Below, in pieces: positions 61,333 to 64,000 of a stretch of DNA of 64,000 nt. A model generated the notes under the pieces. It had not been told where the DNA came from and made no database searches. It was given only the letters and a program-made list of their open reading frames with translations. Made by a program: the position numbers and the translations under genes. The stretch comes from Lama glama. Lineage: Eukaryota. Numbering within the stretch: position 1 is the first letter of the stretch; each line of letters opens with the position of its first letter. Location: contig CM052817.1 in the NCBI GenBank assembly GCA_028534125.1, positions 39,124,001 through 39,188,000 of the forward strand, read 5' to 3'.

Positions 61333-62012
61333 TTTTTTTTTTTTAAATTTTTTATTGATTTATAATCATTTTACAATGTTGTGTCAAATTCCAGTGTTCA
61401 GCACAATTTTTCAGTCATTCATGGACATATACACACTCATTGTCACATTTTTTTCTCTGTGAGTTATCATAACATTTTGTGTATATACAGTGCTATACAG
61501 TGTAATCTTGTTTATCTATTCTACAATTTTGAAATTCCAGTCTATGCCTTCCCACTCTCCACCCCCCTGGTAACCACAAGTCTANNNNNNNNNNNNNNNN
61601 NNNNNNNNNNNNNNNNNNNNNNNNNNNNNNNNNNNNNNNNNNNNNNNNNNNNNNNNNNNNNNNNNNNNNNNNNNNNNNNNNNNNTTCTTTCTCTTTCTGG
61701 CTTACTTCACTTAGAATGACATTCTCCAGGAGCATCCATGTTGCTGCAAATGGCATTATGTTGTCGGTTTTTATGGCTGAATAGAATTCCATTGTATAAA
61801 TATACCACATCTTCTTTATCCAGTCACCTGTTGATGGACATTTAGGCTGTTTCCATGTTTTGGCTATTGTAAATAGTGCTGCTATGAACATTGGGGTGCA
61901 GGTGTCATCCTGAAGTAGGGTTCATTCTGGATACAAGCCCAGGAATGGGATTCCTGGGTCATATGGTAAGTCTATTCCTAGTCTTTTGAGGAATCTCCAC
62001 ACTGTTTTCCAT
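61333..62012 (-). mobile_element. Young lineage-specific L1 3' end, containing the 100-N gap 61585-61684
   Basis: Perfect 16-bp TSD cagaagaggcatttct at 61317-61332 and 62013-62028; pure poly-T; open ORF2 C-terminus MFIAALFTIAKTWKQPKCPS...LSEVSQKEK. Confidence 0.97.
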
Positions 62013-62113
62013 CAGAAGAGGCATTTCTGAGGGTTGCTGGTTTTAGGGTTTCTTTGCAGAATTTGATTTGGAGCTTAATATTGAACTTTAAATAATCATG
62101 CCAAGTGAATACA

Positions 62114-62457
62114 CAGTTGACCCTTGAACAACATGGGTTTGGACTACATGGACCCACTTATATATATGTGGATTTTTTTCTATAAATACATATATGGACT
62201 GTAAACTTATTTTCTCTTCCTTATGATTTTCATGATAACAAGTTCTTTTCTCTAGCTTGCTTTATTGTAAGAATACAGTTATGTCGTGCATGTAACACAT
62301 ACAATATGTGTTAATCAGCTGTTTATGTTATAGGTAAGGCTTCCAGTCAACAGTAAGGTATAAATAATTAAGGTGTAGGGAAGTTCAAGTTATATATGGG
62401 ATTTTGACTGTGTGGGGGTTGGCGTCCCAAACGCCTACCTTGTTTAAGCATCAGTAG
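62114..62457 (+). mobile_element. Tigger2a-like non-autonomous DNA transposon
   Basis: TIR cagttgacccttgaacaa ... ttgtttaagcatcagtag followed by TA; interior matches recalled Tigger2a. Confidence 0.85.
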
Positions 62458-63149
62458 TACATATATTAGATTATTTCTGGAAAGTATAAATAATATTATG
62501 ACTTTTTCAGTGAACCTAATTACTTCTCTGTATTAGTCCTTCATCTTAGGAAATGTTAGAGTGAAAAAGACCTGATACCTCTTCAACTGACTAATGTTCA
62601 GAATTGGCCATTCTTAGTCTAGCTACATGAGAAATCGTTTTGGGGTTGTTTCCTAGAGATTTAAGTTTTCATAAAATTAGTCTTACTCTTAGAGAAAATA
62701 TTTATCATCTTGGTTTTTTGAAAGTAAATAAATAGAATTAACTTATTTTCTAAAAATTTTGAGCTCTATTTCCAATAGTATTCCAACGATAAGCTAGTCT
62801 GATAGTTTTCCAACACATGTTGGAAAATTCAAGTGATGAATCTGTTCTGTCAATTACAAACAGGTGATTTTTTGGTTGCTGTAAGCTCCCCTTTCTACTC
62901 ATCCTCTTCTTTTTAAATCGTTGTCATCATTATCACCATCATTTCTTCATCACCCGCCATTTTTGCATCTCTACTTTATAAAAGATATTTGTATATTTTG
63001 TGTGTACATGTGTGTGCATATATGTGATACTTTAAAATATAGATAAAATTACTGTCATCACTGGGATATGGGTGGTTGTTGCAGTGGTGGTGGGCAGAGA
63101 GAAGGGAAATAAAATCTATCACAGTCCTTTCATCCATCAGACTCCATTA

Positions 63150-63300
63150 ACAGATTTATTTATCTCTCACTCAATCCTCAGAACAAAAATGTGAGGTGTG
63201 CATTGTTATTATTCTCATTTGACTGATGAAGACATGGAAGTTCAAAGATGCTAAGTAACTTGTTTGAGGTGACATAGCTAGTAAGTTGATGGCCAGCAAG
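63150..63300 (-). mobile_element. MIR SINE
   Basis: tctcactcaatcctca...gtgaggt...ctaagtaacttgtttgaggtgacatagctagtaagt. Confidence 0.7.
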
Positions 63301-64000
63301 TCTTTTGGAATAGTAAACATCTGCTCTTCCTCAAAACTGGGCAGCTCCCAGGCATTCCTGCCAGGTGTTTGAGTACAATTATGGCCTGGTCCTGCATTCA
63401 GAGGACGCCTCTACCTGGCAGGGTGACGATGTTTACAGATCAGCATTGTTCCACATTCCTGTGCTTCATCAAAACACTGTATACGTCACTAGGTTGTAGT
63501 TGAGTGCTTTACAATTCAATTTTTTCAACCAAGAGTTAGAGTTTGAGCTGTCTTGTAAACAGATATGTTAACCGAAGCTGTGTAAATTAAGACAGAGCTT
63601 AATAGCCAAATCTGTCCAGAAGTTACAAAAGCATTCCCAAGAGTAAATTAACAAGCCTTAAAAACGTCCAAGCCCATCCTTAAATTCTTTATCAATGACT
63701 CCTTGATCATTCAAACTGCTCACTATATCTTATTCCCTCCTGTCCTACTTTCAGCTTATGGTTTGATTCTGGTTACTCTGGGTAGGTAAAGAGCCTCTTG
63801 AAGTAATTTTTCTCTGTGAATAGAGTGAAGAGGGAAAAGTTAGATCTTATAGGATATGGTCAGGTGAGGGTTAGGTTGTACAAAACCAAACTTTAAAACC
63901 AAATGGATAGAAGGCCAGGGTGCCCTGGCCTCGTGAAAGGTTCCAAGGAAGTTCATCTGGTTCTTCCTTGGATAAAGGTCTAGGTGGAATCCATGAGGCT

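Noticed and set aside
62806..62827. 10-bp perfect inverted repeat ttttccaaca-ca-tgttggaaaa
   Set aside because: Too short for a pre-miRNA or MITE; plausible by chance in AT-rich DNA.
1..64000. CRISPR arrays, prokaryotic operons, tRNA/rRNA/snRNA genes, NUMT or non-retroviral viral insertions
   Set aside because: No repeat-spacer periodicity or recognisable signatures seen by eye; highly diverged copies cannot be excluded without a search.

Overview
Mammalian genomic DNA from a draft assembly with four N-gaps. The youngest L1 3' ends and the apparent absence of Alu, B1/B2, SINEC, PRE-1 and Bov-tA/BovB suggest a cetartiodactyl, probably a camelid (inference). I found no recognisable cellular protein-coding exon, rRNA, tRNA or CRISPR array, so this looks like intergenic or deep-intronic DNA. 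It is dominated by transposable elements: a full-length but inactivated L1 (418-4271, 16-bp TSD) inside an ancient Tigger-type DNA transposon, many 5'-truncated L1s of different ages, solo ERVL/MaLR LTRs, L2/MIR/CR1 relics and hAT/Tigger elements. Between them lie repeat-free blocks resembling enhancers, including a CpG-enriched segment at ~22.7-24.8 kb. Most notable observations: (i) a nested insertion plus microhomology-flanked inversion-deletion at 53.9-55.2 kb; (ii) a short polyadenylated non-L1 retrocopy at 34.55-34.82 kb; (iii) five copies of GCGTCTG, including a duplicated 12-mer, in the CpG-rich block; (iv) a 500-N gap that must hide several kb. I see no convincing evidence of a new biological system. 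Repeat family names are from recalled consensus sequences, not database searches, and boundaries of old repeats are approximate.
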